Shown: piece by piece, positions 43,999 to 54,387 of the stretch
Layout: each line of letters opens with the position of its first letter
Position numbering within the stretch: the first letter of the stretch is position 1
DNA from: Limisphaerales bacterium
Lineage (GTDB): Bacteria; Verrucomicrobiota; Verrucomicrobiia; Limisphaerales; UBA11358
NCBI GenBank assembly: GCA_052140285.1
Contig: JBKQUF010000168.1
Span: 1-62,106 of the forward strand
Length of the DNA: 62,106 nucleotides
Direction: 5' to 3'
Position numbers and translations under genes: made by a program
Notes under the pieces: generated by a model
Databases searched by the model: none
What the model was told of the DNA's origin: nothing
Seen by the model: the letters and a program-made list of their open reading frames with translations, nothing else

Positions 43999-44955
43999 AT
44001 GAAGAGTAACGTCCCCGATGTTTCCGACAAATGGATCCAGAAATTCCTCGCGCACCTGGCCACGGACCGCGGGGCTTCGGTTTACACGCAAAAAAATTAC
44101 CGCCAGGCAGTGGAGGAGTTTTATCGCTGGCACGCCGGCGAATTAAAATCAAGCCCGGTCTGGGATAAACTGCAACGCGACGATTTCCGCGCCTACCTGC
44201 GGTTTCTGGGTCGCAACAACCTCAGCCGCGCGGCCATCCAGCTCCGGTTCTCCGCTCTGCGCACGTTTTACAAATTTTTGATCCGCAACGGCGCGGCGGA
44301 AGTTTCTCCCATCAAGAATCTCTCCCTCCCCAAATTGGAAAAGCGGTTGCCCAAATTCCTGACCATCCAGCAAATGGCCGATTTATTGCAAGCGCCGCAG
44401 AAACTGATCCTGTCCCGGGGCGAAAAAAAAATCGGACGGCCCCTCTCGCGCAACGCGGCGTTGCGGGACGTGGCCGTCCTGGAGACGATTTATTCCTGCG
44501 GCCTGCGGATCAGCGAGCTTTGCGGCCTGCGCGCCGAGGACATTGATTGGAGCGAACAGATCGTGCGCGTTCGCGGCAAGGGCAAAAAGGAGCGGTTGGT
44601 GCCAATTGGCGAGCCGGCATTGAAGGCAATCCAAAATTATTGGGACGCCCTGGGCCAGACGCTCGCGGGCGCGTCGCCGGTATTTTTCTCGGAGACGACC
44701 CGGCGCGCGCCGCTGCACGCGGTGCAACTGTCACGACGATTGAAGCAGTATTTGGCGATCGCGGGGTTGGACCCGCATTTGACGCCGCACAAACTCCGCC
44801 ACAGCTACGCCACCCACCTGCTCGACGCGGGGGCCGATTTGCGGAGTGTGCAGGAATTGCTGGGCCACGCGCATTTGACCACCACGCAAATCTACACCCA
44901 CGTCACCACAGAACGCCTCAAGAAAGCCTACGATGCGGCCCATCCGCGGGCCTGA
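43999..44955 (+). CDS. tyrosine site-specific recombinase, XerC/XerD type
   Basis: N-terminal SAM-like domain (FLAHLATDRGASVYTQKNYRQAVEEF). Catalytic residues in context (GLRISEL, HKLRHSYATHLL, LGHAHLTTTQIYTHV). Confidence 0.85.
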   Translation: MKSNVPDVSDKWIQKFLAHLATDRGASVYTQKNYRQAVEEFYRWHAGELKSSPVWDKLQRDDFRAYLRFLGRNNLSRAAIQLRFSALRTFYKFLIRNGAAEVSPIKNLSLPKLEKRLPKFLTIQQMADLLQAPQKLILSRGEKKIGRPLSRNAALRDVAVLETIYSCGLRISELCGLRAEDIDWSEQIVRVRGKGKKERLVPIGEPALKAIQNYWDALGQTLAGASPVFFSETTRRAPLHAVQLSRRLKQYLAIAGLDPHLTPHKLRHSYATHLLDAGADLRSVQELLGHAHLTTTQIYTHVTTERLKKAYDAAHPRA

Positions 44956-45039
44956 CGCAAAAAACGGCTCGAAATTTGTGCGTTTCGAGGCTATATTTTT
45001 TTCAAACCAAAAACTGATTTTGGTGTCTAACATTTTGAT

Positions 45040-45756
45040 ATGAAAAAATTGTACGTTTTAACAGTTGCAGCCGCAGTTTCATCGGTTGTTTTGACCGGTT
45101 GTCAGTATCCAAACGGTGAACAGAACAATACCGGAACGGGGGCGCTGGTGGGCGGCGGGGTAGGCGCGGCCGCGGGCGCGGCGCTCGGTGGACGTAATGC
45201 CCTGGGGGGCGCGCTCCTGGGCGGTGCGCTCGGCGCAATCACCGGCAGCCTGATCGGCAATTCAATGGATCAGCAACAGGCGGAGCGGTTGCAGGCCCAG
45301 GCGCCCACAACCTATGTTCGCGTCCAGCAGGGCCAGCCACTCGCCACCGCGGATGTCAAAGCGCTGGCCAAAGCCGGCGTGAGCGACGACGTGATCATCG
45401 CCCAAATTCAGAATTCCCATACGATTTATCATTTAAGCGCCGCGGACATCATCGACCTGCACAACAACGGTGTGGACGACAAAGTGGTCAATTTCATGAT
45501 CAACACGGTCAATTCGCCGGATGCGAACACGACGGTGGTGGCGTCGGCGCCGCCCCCGCCGCAAACAGATGTGGTCGTGGCATCGCCCGGGCCCGATTAC
45601 GTGTGGGTGGATGGCGAATGGAACTGGGACGGAGTTTCCTGGGTGTGGGTTGGCGGACATTGGGTTTATCCACCGCATCCACAAGCCGTATGGGTTGTCG
45701 GTGGATGGTATCGCGGCCCGCATGGCTGGTACCATGACCGCGGGCATTGGCGCTGA
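45040..45756 (+). CDS. lipoprotein with glycine-zipper and YXWGXW-type repeats
   Basis: Lipobox VVLTGC. Gly-zipper GALVGGGVGAAAGAALGG. C-terminus DYVWVDGEWNWDGVSWVWVGGHWVYPP...WVVGGWYRGPHGWY. Confidence 0.7.
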   Translation: MKKLYVLTVAAAVSSVVLTGCQYPNGEQNNTGTGALVGGGVGAAAGAALGGRNALGGALLGGALGAITGSLIGNSMDQQQAERLQAQAPTTYVRVQQGQPLATADVKALAKAGVSDDVIIAQIQNSHTIYHLSAADIIDLHNNGVDDKVVNFMINTVNSPDANTTVVASAPPPPQTDVVVASPGPDYVWVDGEWNWDGVSWVWVGGHWVYPPHPQAVWVVGGWYRGPHGWYHDRGHWR

Positions 45757-45974
45757 GTGATTAGCGGAAACGGCTGATCACATTCATCGCGCTCCTCGAG
45801 CTGCTGCGGTAACGCTGGTTTCCCAACCGGCTGGATCGTTCTTGCTTTGCGGGACCAACTGCCCGCGTTCCGAAACTCCTATGCCACAGGCTATTTTCGG
45901 ACTTGCGGATTGGGAACCTCATTATGTTTGACCTGCGGCAGTTTGCCGCCTACACTCACTTTTTTCTTTTAATC

Positions 45975-47573
45975 ATGAAAATTGTCGTTTGTGACCCAAT
46001 CTCGCCCAAGGGAATTGCTTTATTGCAAGAACGCCCTGAATTCAACATCGTCGTCCTGCAAAAACGGTTGCCGGAGGCTGAACTGTTGCCGGTGGTTGCG
46101 GATGCCGTGGCCCTGGTGGTCCGCTCCGAAACGAAGGTGACCGCCAAGGTGATTGCCGCCGCGCCCAAATTACGCGTGGTGGGCCGCGCCGGCGTCGGGG
46201 TGGACAATGTCGATATCGAAGCCGCCACCAAAAACGGCACGGTGGTGATGAACACGCCCGGCGGCAATACCGTGACGACCGCGGAATTGAGTTTCGCCAT
46301 GCTGCTTTCGCTCGCCCGCAAGGTTCCCCAGGCGCACGCCACGATGGTCGCCGGCAAATGGGACCGTAAAGCTTTCCAGGGTGTCGAATTGGCGGGCAAG
46401 ACGCTTGGCGTTTTGGGCATGGGCCGCATCGGCACGGAAGTGGCCAAACGCGCCATCGCCTTTGGCATGCGCGTCCTGGCCTATGATCCTTACTTGACGG
46501 AAGAACGCGCGCAGTCGATTGGCGCGGGATTTGCCGACCGGGTGGACCAAGTTTATTTTTCGTCGGATTTCATCACCGTACACATGCCGGTCACCAAGGA
46601 AACCAAGGGAATGTTGAACGCCGCCGCGTTTGCAAAAATGAAGCCGGGCGTTCGCATTGTCAATTGCGCGCGCGGCGAGATCATCGAAGAAAACGACCTG
46701 ATTGCGGCGCTGGAATCGGGCAAGGTGGGCGGGGCGGCACTGGACGTGTTTTCCGTGGAGCCATTGCCGGCGGAACATCCCTATCGCAAGCAGCCGAACC
46801 TCATCCTTACCCCGCATCTGGGCGCGAGCACGAATGAAGCGCAGGAAAAATGCGGCATTGAAGTGGCGGAAATCATTGCCGGCTATCTGCTCACCGGCGA
46901 AGTGCGCAACGGGGTGAACCTCCCGTTTCTGGATGCGAAGACTTACGAAATCGTCAAACCTTACCTGCCCCTCGGCTCGGCCCTGGGCAAATTATTGGCG
47001 CAACTCTCGCCCCCGGGCGCCGACCGGATTTATATTACTTACGGCGGCCAGGCGAAACAATTGCCGAACACCGATCCGGTGACCCGCGCCATCCTGCTCG
47101 GGTTTATTGCCGGCGAAAAGATGCAGGATGTGAACAACGTGAACGTGCGAACGGTTGCCCAAAGCCTGGGCATCACGGTCGAGGAAAAGAAATCCGACGA
47201 ACCGGTCACGTTCAATGAATGGGTTCATGTCCAGATTTTCAACGGAGACAAGAAGCTTATTTCGGCTGGCGGCACCTTCTTCGGTTCCCCGAATAATCCC
47301 CGCATCGTCCGCTTGTACAGCCAGCCCGTGGAAATCCCGGTTTCCGGAACCTTGCTGCTGCTGAACAACAAGGACCGCCCGGGAATTGTCGGCTATCTCG
47401 GAACGTTGCTGGCGAAGCACGGAGTAAACATCGGCAATATGAGTTTGTCCCGCGATACGGCGGGCGGGTTGGCGTTGACGGTGCTGCACGTCGATAGTGT
47501 CCCGCCACAGGGTGTTCTGGATGAACTCCAGAAAGACCATGACATCAGCAACGTAAAAGTGATAAAATTGTGA
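45975..47573 (+). CDS. serA: D-3-phosphoglycerate dehydrogenase (long form with ACT domain)
   Basis: ATG 45975 (MKIVVCDPIS). GRAGVGVDNVD. NAD-binding GVLGMGRIGTEVAKRA. C-terminal ACT-like LLLLNNKDRPGIVGYLGTLLAKHGVNI. Confidence 0.9.
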   Translation: MKIVVCDPISPKGIALLQERPEFNIVVLQKRLPEAELLPVVADAVALVVRSETKVTAKVIAAAPKLRVVGRAGVGVDNVDIEAATKNGTVVMNTPGGNTVTTAELSFAMLLSLARKVPQAHATMVAGKWDRKAFQGVELAGKTLGVLGMGRIGTEVAKRAIAFGMRVLAYDPYLTEERAQSIGAGFADRVDQVYFSSDFITVHMPVTKETKGMLNAAAFAKMKPGVRIVNCARGEIIEENDLIAALESGKVGGAALDVFSVEPLPAEHPYRKQPNLILTPHLGASTNEAQEKCGIEVAEIIAGYLLTGEVRNGVNLPFLDAKTYEIVKPYLPLGSALGKLLAQLSPPGADRIYITYGGQAKQLPNTDPVTRAILLGFIAGEKMQDVNNVNVRTVAQSLGITVEEKKSDEPVTFNEWVHVQIFNGDKKLISAGGTFFGSPNNPRIVRLYSQPVEIPVSGTLLLLNNKDRPGIVGYLGTLLAKHGVNIGNMSLSRDTAGGLALTVLHVDSVPPQGVLDELQKDHDISNVKVIKL

Positions 47574-47605
47574 ACGGTTTCCCTGAATTTCAATCTAACA
47601 ACAAC

Positions 47606-48775
47606 ATGAAAAATAATACCAAGTTAATCATTTCCGTCGCGCTGGGCGCGGCACTTCTGACGGCAGGCGCCGCCCACGCAGAAACGGCGGGTGTTTCAAT
47701 GCCCACCAACCAGGCCCCCGCGTCCGATGCCGCATCCATGGCTGGAGCCACCAATAATCCCGAAGCGGCGATGGCGTCGCTGTTCGAAGATCCGGTCATT
47801 GTCAAGGGCAAGGGCTTTGTGATCAAACAAAGCGAATTGGACGAGATGGTCTCGGAGGAAAAAGCCGCCGCGGCCGCCCGGGGCATGACGCTTTCGGATG
47901 ACCAACTGTCCCGATTTGAGGGCGACGCATTGAACAGCATCATCAACCGCAATTTGCTGACCCAGAAAGCGAACGATGCGGACCGCGCCCAGGCGGTAAA
48001 AGAGGCCGACGAGGCGGTCGCCGACCTCGTCAAACGCAATGGCCGGGAAGCCGTTGATATGCAGTTGAAGGCCTCCGGTAGAACGCTGGACGAGGAGCGG
48101 TCAAACCTGGTGACGGAGTTGACGGCCAGTGACGCGCTGATCCGGGAAGTCGGCGTTACGGTTTCGGACGCCGACATCAAGAGCTATTACGACGATCATC
48201 CGACGGATTTTGAGCAACCGGAACAGGTTAAAGCCCGGCATATTTTGTTCGCCACCGTCGATTTGACCTCGCCCGCGCAGACCCCCTTGTCTGACGACCA
48301 GAAAGCCGCCAAACTCAAACAGGCGCAGGATGTGTTGAAACAACTGCGCGCGGGCGGCGATTTTGCCAAATTGGCCCAGCAATATTCCGACGACCCGGGC
48401 AGCAAAGTGAACGGCGGCGAACTTCCCGCGTTCACTCATGGCGAAATGGTGCCGGAATTCGACACCGCGGCGTTCGCGTTGACGAACAACCAAATCAGCG
48501 ACATCGTCACCTCCCAATACGGTTATCATATCATCCAGTTGATCAGCAAAACGCCCGCGCACAAAATTCAACTGGCGGAGGTCTCCGACCGCATCAAGGC
48601 GTTTTTGACCCGGCAAAAACTCCAGCCGATTGCCCCGGCTTATCTTCTGAAATTGAAGAGCAGCAGCGGCGTGCAAATTCTCGATACCAACCTGCAGGCG
48701 GCCGTGGCCGCGGCAGATGCGGCGGCAGCAGCCGCGGCAACGGCGACGAACCAGCCGCCGGCTTCTGCTCAGTGA
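47606..48775 (+). CDS. parvulin-type peptidyl-prolyl isomerase (SurA/PrsA-like), secreted
   Basis: Signal peptide MKNNTKLIISVALGAALLTAGAAHA. Parvulin core KARHILF...GGELPAFTHGEMVPEFDTAAFAL...YGYHIIQL. Confidence 0.8.
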   Translation: MKNNTKLIISVALGAALLTAGAAHAETAGVSMPTNQAPASDAASMAGATNNPEAAMASLFEDPVIVKGKGFVIKQSELDEMVSEEKAAAAARGMTLSDDQLSRFEGDALNSIINRNLLTQKANDADRAQAVKEADEAVADLVKRNGREAVDMQLKASGRTLDEERSNLVTELTASDALIREVGVTVSDADIKSYYDDHPTDFEQPEQVKARHILFATVDLTSPAQTPLSDDQKAAKLKQAQDVLKQLRAGGDFAKLAQQYSDDPGSKVNGGELPAFTHGEMVPEFDTAAFALTNNQISDIVTSQYGYHIIQLISKTPAHKIQLAEVSDRIKAFLTRQKLQPIAPAYLLKLKSSSGVQILDTNLQAAVAAADAAAAAAATATNQPPASAQ

Positions 48776-48787
48776 CCCTGATTTAAA

Positions 48788-49798
48788 ATGAGATTGATTA
48801 AAGCGAGCGTTGGTCTGGGCGCGTTAATGGCGGCGGGTGTCGCCTTGGCGCAGGTCAACCCGCCCACGGTAGCTTCGGCAAGCAATCCGGTCATCGCCAG
48901 CGGAACGGGAGTGTCCGTTACCCGCGGGGACATGGATGACGCGTTGACCGGTTATCGGAACCGGTGGCAGTCGTTATCACCCTCCCGGCAATTGCTGGTG
49001 CAAAAGGAGATTCTGACGAATCTGGTGGATGCCAAGCTCATCTTGTCCAAGGCGAGTGATGCGGACAGGGCCGCCGGCAGGAAGGCGGCTGACTTGCACA
49101 TCAGGGCCGACATCGAAAATATTGGCTCGCAGGCGGCCTTTGACCAGTATTTGAAAACAAACGGCCTTTCCGAAGCAACCGTGCTCGCCCGCCTGGCCGA
49201 TGAGGAGACCGAGAACGCCACTTTGCAACGCGTTTTGCAGGTCTCCGTGACGGATGACGAAGTGCAAAAGTATTACGATGCCCATACCGCGGAATTTGAG
49301 CAGCCGGAGATGGCGCACGTCAGCCACATTTTGATTTTCACGGTGGATCCGGTCACCCAGGCGGCTTTGCCCGACAGCGAACTGCTGGCGCGGCGACGAT
49401 TAGCGCAGAATGTTGTGAAAGCCGCCAGTTCCGGGGCTGATTTTGAGGCCTTGGCGAAGCAGGTTTCCGAGGATCCCGGGACTGCGGCCGTCGGTGGAGA
49501 ATTGCCGCCGTTTCCGCGCGGTCAAATGGCCCCGGAAATTGACTCGGCGGTTTTTTCAATGACCAACAACCAGGTCAGTGACGTGATTACCACGAGCGTG
49601 GGCTATCAGATCATCAAGCTGCTCGATCTGGTGCCGGCGAAAAAGACGAGCTATCTGACGGCGGCGGCGCAAATCAAGCAGTCATTGACACGCCAGAAAT
49701 TTGCCCAACTCGCCGGCCCGTATTTGCAAGGTCTTTGGCAGGCAGCCAACGTGCGAATCCTGGACCCGAGCCTGGCGGCGGCCCCCCCGTCACCCTGA
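48788..49798 (+). CDS. parvulin-type peptidyl-prolyl isomerase, paralogue
   Basis: Signal peptide MRLIKASVGLGALMAAGVALA. Core HVSHILIF...GGELPPFPRGQMAPEIDSAVFSM...VGYQIIKL. Confidence 0.8.
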   Translation: MRLIKASVGLGALMAAGVALAQVNPPTVASASNPVIASGTGVSVTRGDMDDALTGYRNRWQSLSPSRQLLVQKEILTNLVDAKLILSKASDADRAAGRKAADLHIRADIENIGSQAAFDQYLKTNGLSEATVLARLADEETENATLQRVLQVSVTDDEVQKYYDAHTAEFEQPEMAHVSHILIFTVDPVTQAALPDSELLARRRLAQNVVKAASSGADFEALAKQVSEDPGTAAVGGELPPFPRGQMAPEIDSAVFSMTNNQVSDVITTSVGYQIIKLLDLVPAKKTSYLTAAAQIKQSLTRQKFAQLAGPYLQGLWQAANVRILDPSLAAAPPSP

Positions 49799-49857
49799 CC
49801 GAACCCTTGGAATGGGCGCTTGTCAAATGATAAATTCACCTCCATCTTGAGCGAGTT

Positions 49858-50634
49858 ATGAATAAAAAGACAGCGATAGCCATTCTAATTGTTGCGTGCG
49901 TGGGGCTGGCCGTCACCTTGGTTATTCTCTACAACCAATCGACCAGACAGCGCGACAGCGATAATAGCACCATCCTGCAATTTTCCAATGAACTGGACAC
50001 CGCCAAGGCCAAGATTGACGACGTGAACCAGGTGAACATCGAGTTGAACAATGATTTGGAGACCAATCGGGCTTTGGTGGCGGGGCTTTCCAACCAATTG
50101 GACCAGACTTCCCAGCAACTGGCCGGCGCGCAATCCACGCTCCAAACCGCACAACAACAGATTACCAACCTGGATCAACACATCTCGGATCTGGAATCGC
50201 AGAATCAGGCGCTCGACCAGCAGGCCAACTCGTTGTCGAACACCATCTCCCAGTTGACGACCCAAATCACCGATACGCAGATGAGACTGGCCGTGTCGCA
50301 AACCAATAATGATTATCTCGAAGGCGAACTGAAAAAACAGGTCGCGGAAAAGGACGAATTACAGCGCCAATTCAACGATTTGAACGTCGTGCGAATTCAA
50401 GTGAAGAAATTGAAAACCGACGCCATGGTCGAGCGGCGACTGGAATGGATTCGCGAAGGCGTGGACCCGACCAAACCCGAGAAAGGCGGGCAGGTCCTGA
50501 TGAACCATGCTCCGGCTCCGACCAATGGTCCCGCGGCGCATCCGAATTTTAATTTGAATGTCGAAGTGGGCGCGGACGGCACGGTCCATGTGTTGACTAA
50601 CGCCCCGCCTCCTCTCAACGGCCCCGCGCAGTAG
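49858..50634 (+). CDS. membrane-anchored coiled-coil protein
   Basis: N-terminal TM AIAILIVACVGLAVTLVILY followed by ~170 aa of Q/L/N-rich heptad-like sequence. Confidence 0.6.
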   Translation: MNKKTAIAILIVACVGLAVTLVILYNQSTRQRDSDNSTILQFSNELDTAKAKIDDVNQVNIELNNDLETNRALVAGLSNQLDQTSQQLAGAQSTLQTAQQQITNLDQHISDLESQNQALDQQANSLSNTISQLTTQITDTQMRLAVSQTNNDYLEGELKKQVAEKDELQRQFNDLNVVRIQVKKLKTDAMVERRLEWIREGVDPTKPEKGGQVLMNHAPAPTNGPAAHPNFNLNVEVGADGTVHVLTNAPPPLNGPAQ

Positions 50635-50669
50635 AATTTCCGCCGCGAGAACCGGCTTCGCGATTTTTC

Positions 50670-50993
50670 ATGCCTACCTACGAATATATTTGCGCAAAAT
50701 GCGGACACGAATTTGAGGCGATTCAATCGATCTCCGCCAAGCCTCTGGCCGTTTGTCCGAAGGAATTGTGTGCCCGGAAGAAATGGGGCAGGGGACGCGT
50801 AAAAAAGAAAATCGGCGCCGGCGCCGGCCTGATCTTCAAGGGGACCGGCTTTTATATCACCGATCATCGCAGTAAAAATTATTCCGAAGCGGCCAAAAAA
50901 GATTCCGCTCCCGCCCCGGCCGCGGCCAAAACGGATTCGAAGGGCGCTCCCGCCAAACCGGCGGGCAAGCCCGCCGCTCCCCGGGCCAAATGA
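50670..50993 (+). CDS. FmdB-family zinc-ribbon protein
   Basis: MPTYEYICAKCGHEFE...VCPKELC is the CxxC_CxxC_SSSS signature. ATGA overlap with the next gene. Confidence 0.8.
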   Translation: MPTYEYICAKCGHEFEAIQSISAKPLAVCPKELCARKKWGRGRVKKKIGAGAGLIFKGTGFYITDHRSKNYSEAAKKDSAPAPAAAKTDSKGAPAKPAGKPAAPRAK

Positions 50994-52387
50994 AAAGTCG
51001 TCCCGAATCTTTGACCGGTTGGCGGCGCGCGCCGCGCGCCGCGGCCGTTTTTCTTATGGCGGCCCTCTTCCTGCCGCCGCCGGCGCGGGCCGATTTTCAA
51101 TTGCCGGACCTGATTTCCGCGCGGAGCATCTCCGGGCAATTTGCGGTGATTAAGGCGCAACAAGTATCGCCGCTGGCAAATTTGCCGGAGGTCAGGACCA
51201 ATACCTCACTGGTTCACCTGGAACCAGCGTTGCTGGCAGTCTCCGCCGAGCGCATCAGGAACTCTCTCTGGCGGACCCTGGGCATTGACGGAATGATCCC
51301 GGGCGGACAGATTTTTTTGGCGCTGCACCCGGCCAGTTCCCTGGATGAAACCGTTACCGTATATTCACAGCCCTTTAACCACGCCTGGATGTACCGGGTG
51401 GAATTGCCGGACATCGTTTCGCGCGCGCGACTGATCAAGGCCTTGACCGGCGTCGTCCTGTTGGAGTACGCCAATCGGAACTCGGGCGGGCATTCCGCGG
51501 AGGTCCCCGTCTGGCTGTTGGAGGGATTGTCCCAGCAACTTCGCGAAAACATTGAACCGGAAATCGTGTCCTTGTCGCCGGATGATACTGTGAATGGCTA
51601 CCAGGAAGGCCGCCTGGTTCTCAATGATGTGGCGTTGAACGATTTGGAACCGGCGCGAAAAATCCTGCAAAACGCCACGCCGCTCACGTTTGACCAATTA
51701 AGCTGGCCGACCCCCGCCGAATTGAACGGCGCGGACGGCGGAGCGTACGGCGCCAGCGCGCAAGTCCTCCTCAATGATTTGATGCAGTTGCCGGATGGAA
51801 AAGCCAGCCTGCGCCGGATGTTGCAAATTCTTCCGCATTACTACAACTGGCAGATGGCGTTCCGCGCGGCTTTCCAAAATGATTTTCCCACGCCGGTGGA
51901 CATGGAAAAATGGTGGGCGCTCGAATCCGTGGACTTTGTGTCCCGGGACGTCGGGCCGCAATGGACGCCAGAGGTGAGCCGCGCCAAGTTGGACGGGATT
52001 TTGAGCGTGCCGATCAATTTCCGGTCGGCCTCGAATAGTTTTCCGGTTCACGGGGACATTTCACTGCAAATGCTGATCGGCAATTTTGATTCGCAACAAG
52101 AGACGGAAATTCTGCGCCAAAAAGTACGGGACCTGGACCTGTCCCAACTCCAGATGGCGCCGGCATTTGCCGGGTTGAACCGTGCCTACCGCCAGACGCT
52201 GGCCGATTACCTGGATGAGCAGCCGACGGCCAGCGCGACCCGCTGGATCAAGCGGCCGCCCACTCGGCCCAGCCCGCGCAAGATCGTGAGTCGGTTGGAT
52301 GCGCTGGACGCGCGGCGCCGCGTGCTGGAAACCGCCCTGGACGGCGCCTCGCAGCCCGCCTTGACAGAACGCAGTCCCCGTTTATAG
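50990..52387 (+). CDS. hypothetical secreted protein
   Basis: 465-aa ORF with a signal-like AAVFLMAALFLPPPARA. No family recognised. Confidence 0.6.
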   Translation: MKSRPESLTGWRRAPRAAAVFLMAALFLPPPARADFQLPDLISARSISGQFAVIKAQQVSPLANLPEVRTNTSLVHLEPALLAVSAERIRNSLWRTLGIDGMIPGGQIFLALHPASSLDETVTVYSQPFNHAWMYRVELPDIVSRARLIKALTGVVLLEYANRNSGGHSAEVPVWLLEGLSQQLRENIEPEIVSLSPDDTVNGYQEGRLVLNDVALNDLEPARKILQNATPLTFDQLSWPTPAELNGADGGAYGASAQVLLNDLMQLPDGKASLRRMLQILPHYYNWQMAFRAAFQNDFPTPVDMEKWWALESVDFVSRDVGPQWTPEVSRAKLDGILSVPINFRSASNSFPVHGDISLQMLIGNFDSQQETEILRQKVRDLDLSQLQMAPAFAGLNRAYRQTLADYLDEQPTASATRWIKRPPTRPSPRKIVSRLDALDARRRVLETALDGASQPALTERSPRL

Positions 52388-52401
52388 TAACCTTACAAAA
52401 G

Positions 52402-53640
52402 ATGCAGACTGATAATGTATCTGAGGGCGGCGAGGAGCCGCCATCAGGCCTTCGGCTCCAGGCATTAAAGGAGTTCCGCTCCGCGGGAAGAGGATACTGG
52501 CGCAATGTTTCCGATACTGATTGGAATGACTGGCGTTGGCAATTGAAGAACCGCATCACCACGGCGGAGCAATTGCAAAAGTTTTTGCCGACGCTCACGC
52601 CGGAGGAATTTGCCGGGGCCAAGCTCGCCAACAACAAGCTGGCCCTCGCCATCACCCCCTACTTTTTCAACTTGATCGACCCGACGGATGAGAATTGCCC
52701 GGTGCGGCTCCAGGTCATCCCCAAAATCGCCGAGACGATCACGGCGCCGTGGGAGATGAGCGACCCCTGCGGCGAGGACTCGCATTCGCCGGTCCCGGGA
52801 CTGGTGCATCGCTATCCGGACCGCGTGTTGTTCCTGGTCACGGACCGTTGCGCCGCTTATTGCCGGTACTGCACCCGGTCGCGATTGGTGAGCAATGCCA
52901 GCGGGTATGATTTTCATCCGGAATTTGACCAGCCGATCGAATACATCCGGCAACATCCCGAAATCCGCGACGTGCTGTTGAGCGGCGGTGATCCGTTGTT
53001 GTTGAGCGACGACAAACTGGAGGCTCTGCTGGGCCGGCTGCGCGCGATTCCCCACGTGGAATTTTTGCGGATCGGCTCGCGCATCCCCACCTTTTTGCCC
53101 CAGCGCGTCACGCCGGAGTTGTGCGCGATGCTCAAAAAATTTCATCCGCTCTTCATGAGCGTTCATTCCAACCATCCGCGCGAACTGACCACCGAGGTGC
53201 GCGAGGCGCTGGGCCGGCTTGCCGACGCGGGCATTCCGCTGGGGAACCAAAGCGTGCTGCTCAAGCACGTCAACGACAGCGTGACGGTGATGAAAGCGCT
53301 CATGCAGAAATTGTTGATGTGTCGGGTGAAGCCCTATTACATCTACCAGTGCGATTTGATTTCCGGCTCGGCGCATTTACGGACCAGCGTGAGCAAGGGA
53401 TTGGAGATCATGGAGGAGTTGCGCGGCCACACCTCCGGCTATGCGGTGCCGACTTATGTGATTGACGCCCCGGGCGGCGGCGGCAAGGTGCCGATTTCGC
53501 CGGAGTACGTCCTTTGCCGGAACGCGGGCCGGGTGCTGATCCGCAATTATGAGGGCAGGATATTCGAGTATCCGGAAGCGGAAGACGGCACCCCCGTCAG
53601 CCAGCCGGCGAAAGAAATCAAGGAATCGCAATTGGTTTAA
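52402..53640 (+). CDS. kamA: lysine 2,3-aminomutase family radical SAM protein
   Basis: CAAYCRYCTRS cluster motif in the KamA context (HRYPDRVLFLVTDRC...), DVLLSGGDPL and GNQSVLLK. Confidence 0.85.
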   Translation: MQTDNVSEGGEEPPSGLRLQALKEFRSAGRGYWRNVSDTDWNDWRWQLKNRITTAEQLQKFLPTLTPEEFAGAKLANNKLALAITPYFFNLIDPTDENCPVRLQVIPKIAETITAPWEMSDPCGEDSHSPVPGLVHRYPDRVLFLVTDRCAAYCRYCTRSRLVSNASGYDFHPEFDQPIEYIRQHPEIRDVLLSGGDPLLLSDDKLEALLGRLRAIPHVEFLRIGSRIPTFLPQRVTPELCAMLKKFHPLFMSVHSNHPRELTTEVREALGRLADAGIPLGNQSVLLKHVNDSVTVMKALMQKLLMCRVKPYYIYQCDLISGSAHLRTSVSKGLEIMEELRGHTSGYAVPTYVIDAPGGGGKVPISPEYVLCRNAGRVLIRNYEGRIFEYPEAEDGTPVSQPAKEIKESQLV

Positions 53641-54209
53641 TTTTTTCCCTGCAACTCCGCCTTGGTTTGCTCCTGTAGTTCTTCCAACTCCGGTTTGAGT
53701 TCCTTCTTTTTCGCGGCGGTCATCCGGTCGATGAACAGTATCCCATTCAAATGATCCACCTCATGTTGCACCGCCCGGGAGAGCAATCCCCCGGCGAGAA
53801 ACCTAATCGGTTTGCCTTCCGCGTCCAGCGCCTTTACTTCCACGAACGCGGGGCGGGAAATTTCGGAGTAAATTTGCGGGAAACTCAGGCATCCTTCGCC
53901 GGTGACGACCGGGTCGCCGGACATCGTGATTTCCGGGTTGATCAGAACCAACGGCATGATTTCCGCCGCCTCGGCGGGTTTCCCGTCGAGTTCGAGGGTG
54001 GAGGGGCGGTCCGTGGCCTCGCGAACGTCGATGACGGTCAGTTGCAGGGCGTGGCCGACTTGCTGGGCAGCCAGCCCCACGCCATGGTTGGCGTGCATCG
54101 TTTCAAACATGTCGGCGATGAGCTTTTTGATTTCCGGCGTGATGCGCTCAATCCGCGCCCCTTTTCGGCGCAGCACCGGGTTTCCATATTTGGTGACTTC
54201 TAAAATCAT
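53637..54209 (-). CDS. def: peptide deformylase
   Basis: Motifs GVGLAAQQVG, EGCLSFP and QHEVDHLNG. The start was set at ATG 54209 (MILEVTKYGNPVLR); the ORF is open to 54236. Confidence 0.9.
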   Translation of the reverse strand: MILEVTKYGNPVLRRKGARIERITPEIKKLIADMFETMHANHGVGLAAQQVGHALQLTVIDVREATDRPSTLELDGKPAEAAEIMPLVLINPEITMSGDPVVTGEGCLSFPQIYSEISRPAFVEVKALDAEGKPIRFLAGGLLSRAVQHEVDHLNGILFIDRMTAAKKKELKPELEELQEQTKAELQGKN

Positions 54210-54387
54210 GTTCCAGTGGCAAGTCGCGGGTGACAATCATTCGATAAAATCTCCGAGTCCTTCCAAAAATCTTCAAATAATTGGCGGGACAATTGGTAAA
54301 TATCAAACGATTCCAATTTATCCGGCGAAGTCACGTTTGTTTTCATATCGGCTATCGAATTCTAACTTTCCTGTCGCTTGTCACCTG

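Noticed and set aside
53637-53640. Convergent kamA and def share their stop codons in a palindromic TTAA (4-nt overlap).
   Set aside because: This is a real but trivial consequence of compact gene packing, with no functional implication that can be argued.
54237-54387. parS site (TGTTNCACGTGAAACA) near parB, and the absence of an adjacent parA.
   Set aside because: No match better than a half-site (aacaaacgtgac) was seen. parA can be encoded elsewhere, so this is not unusual enough to report.
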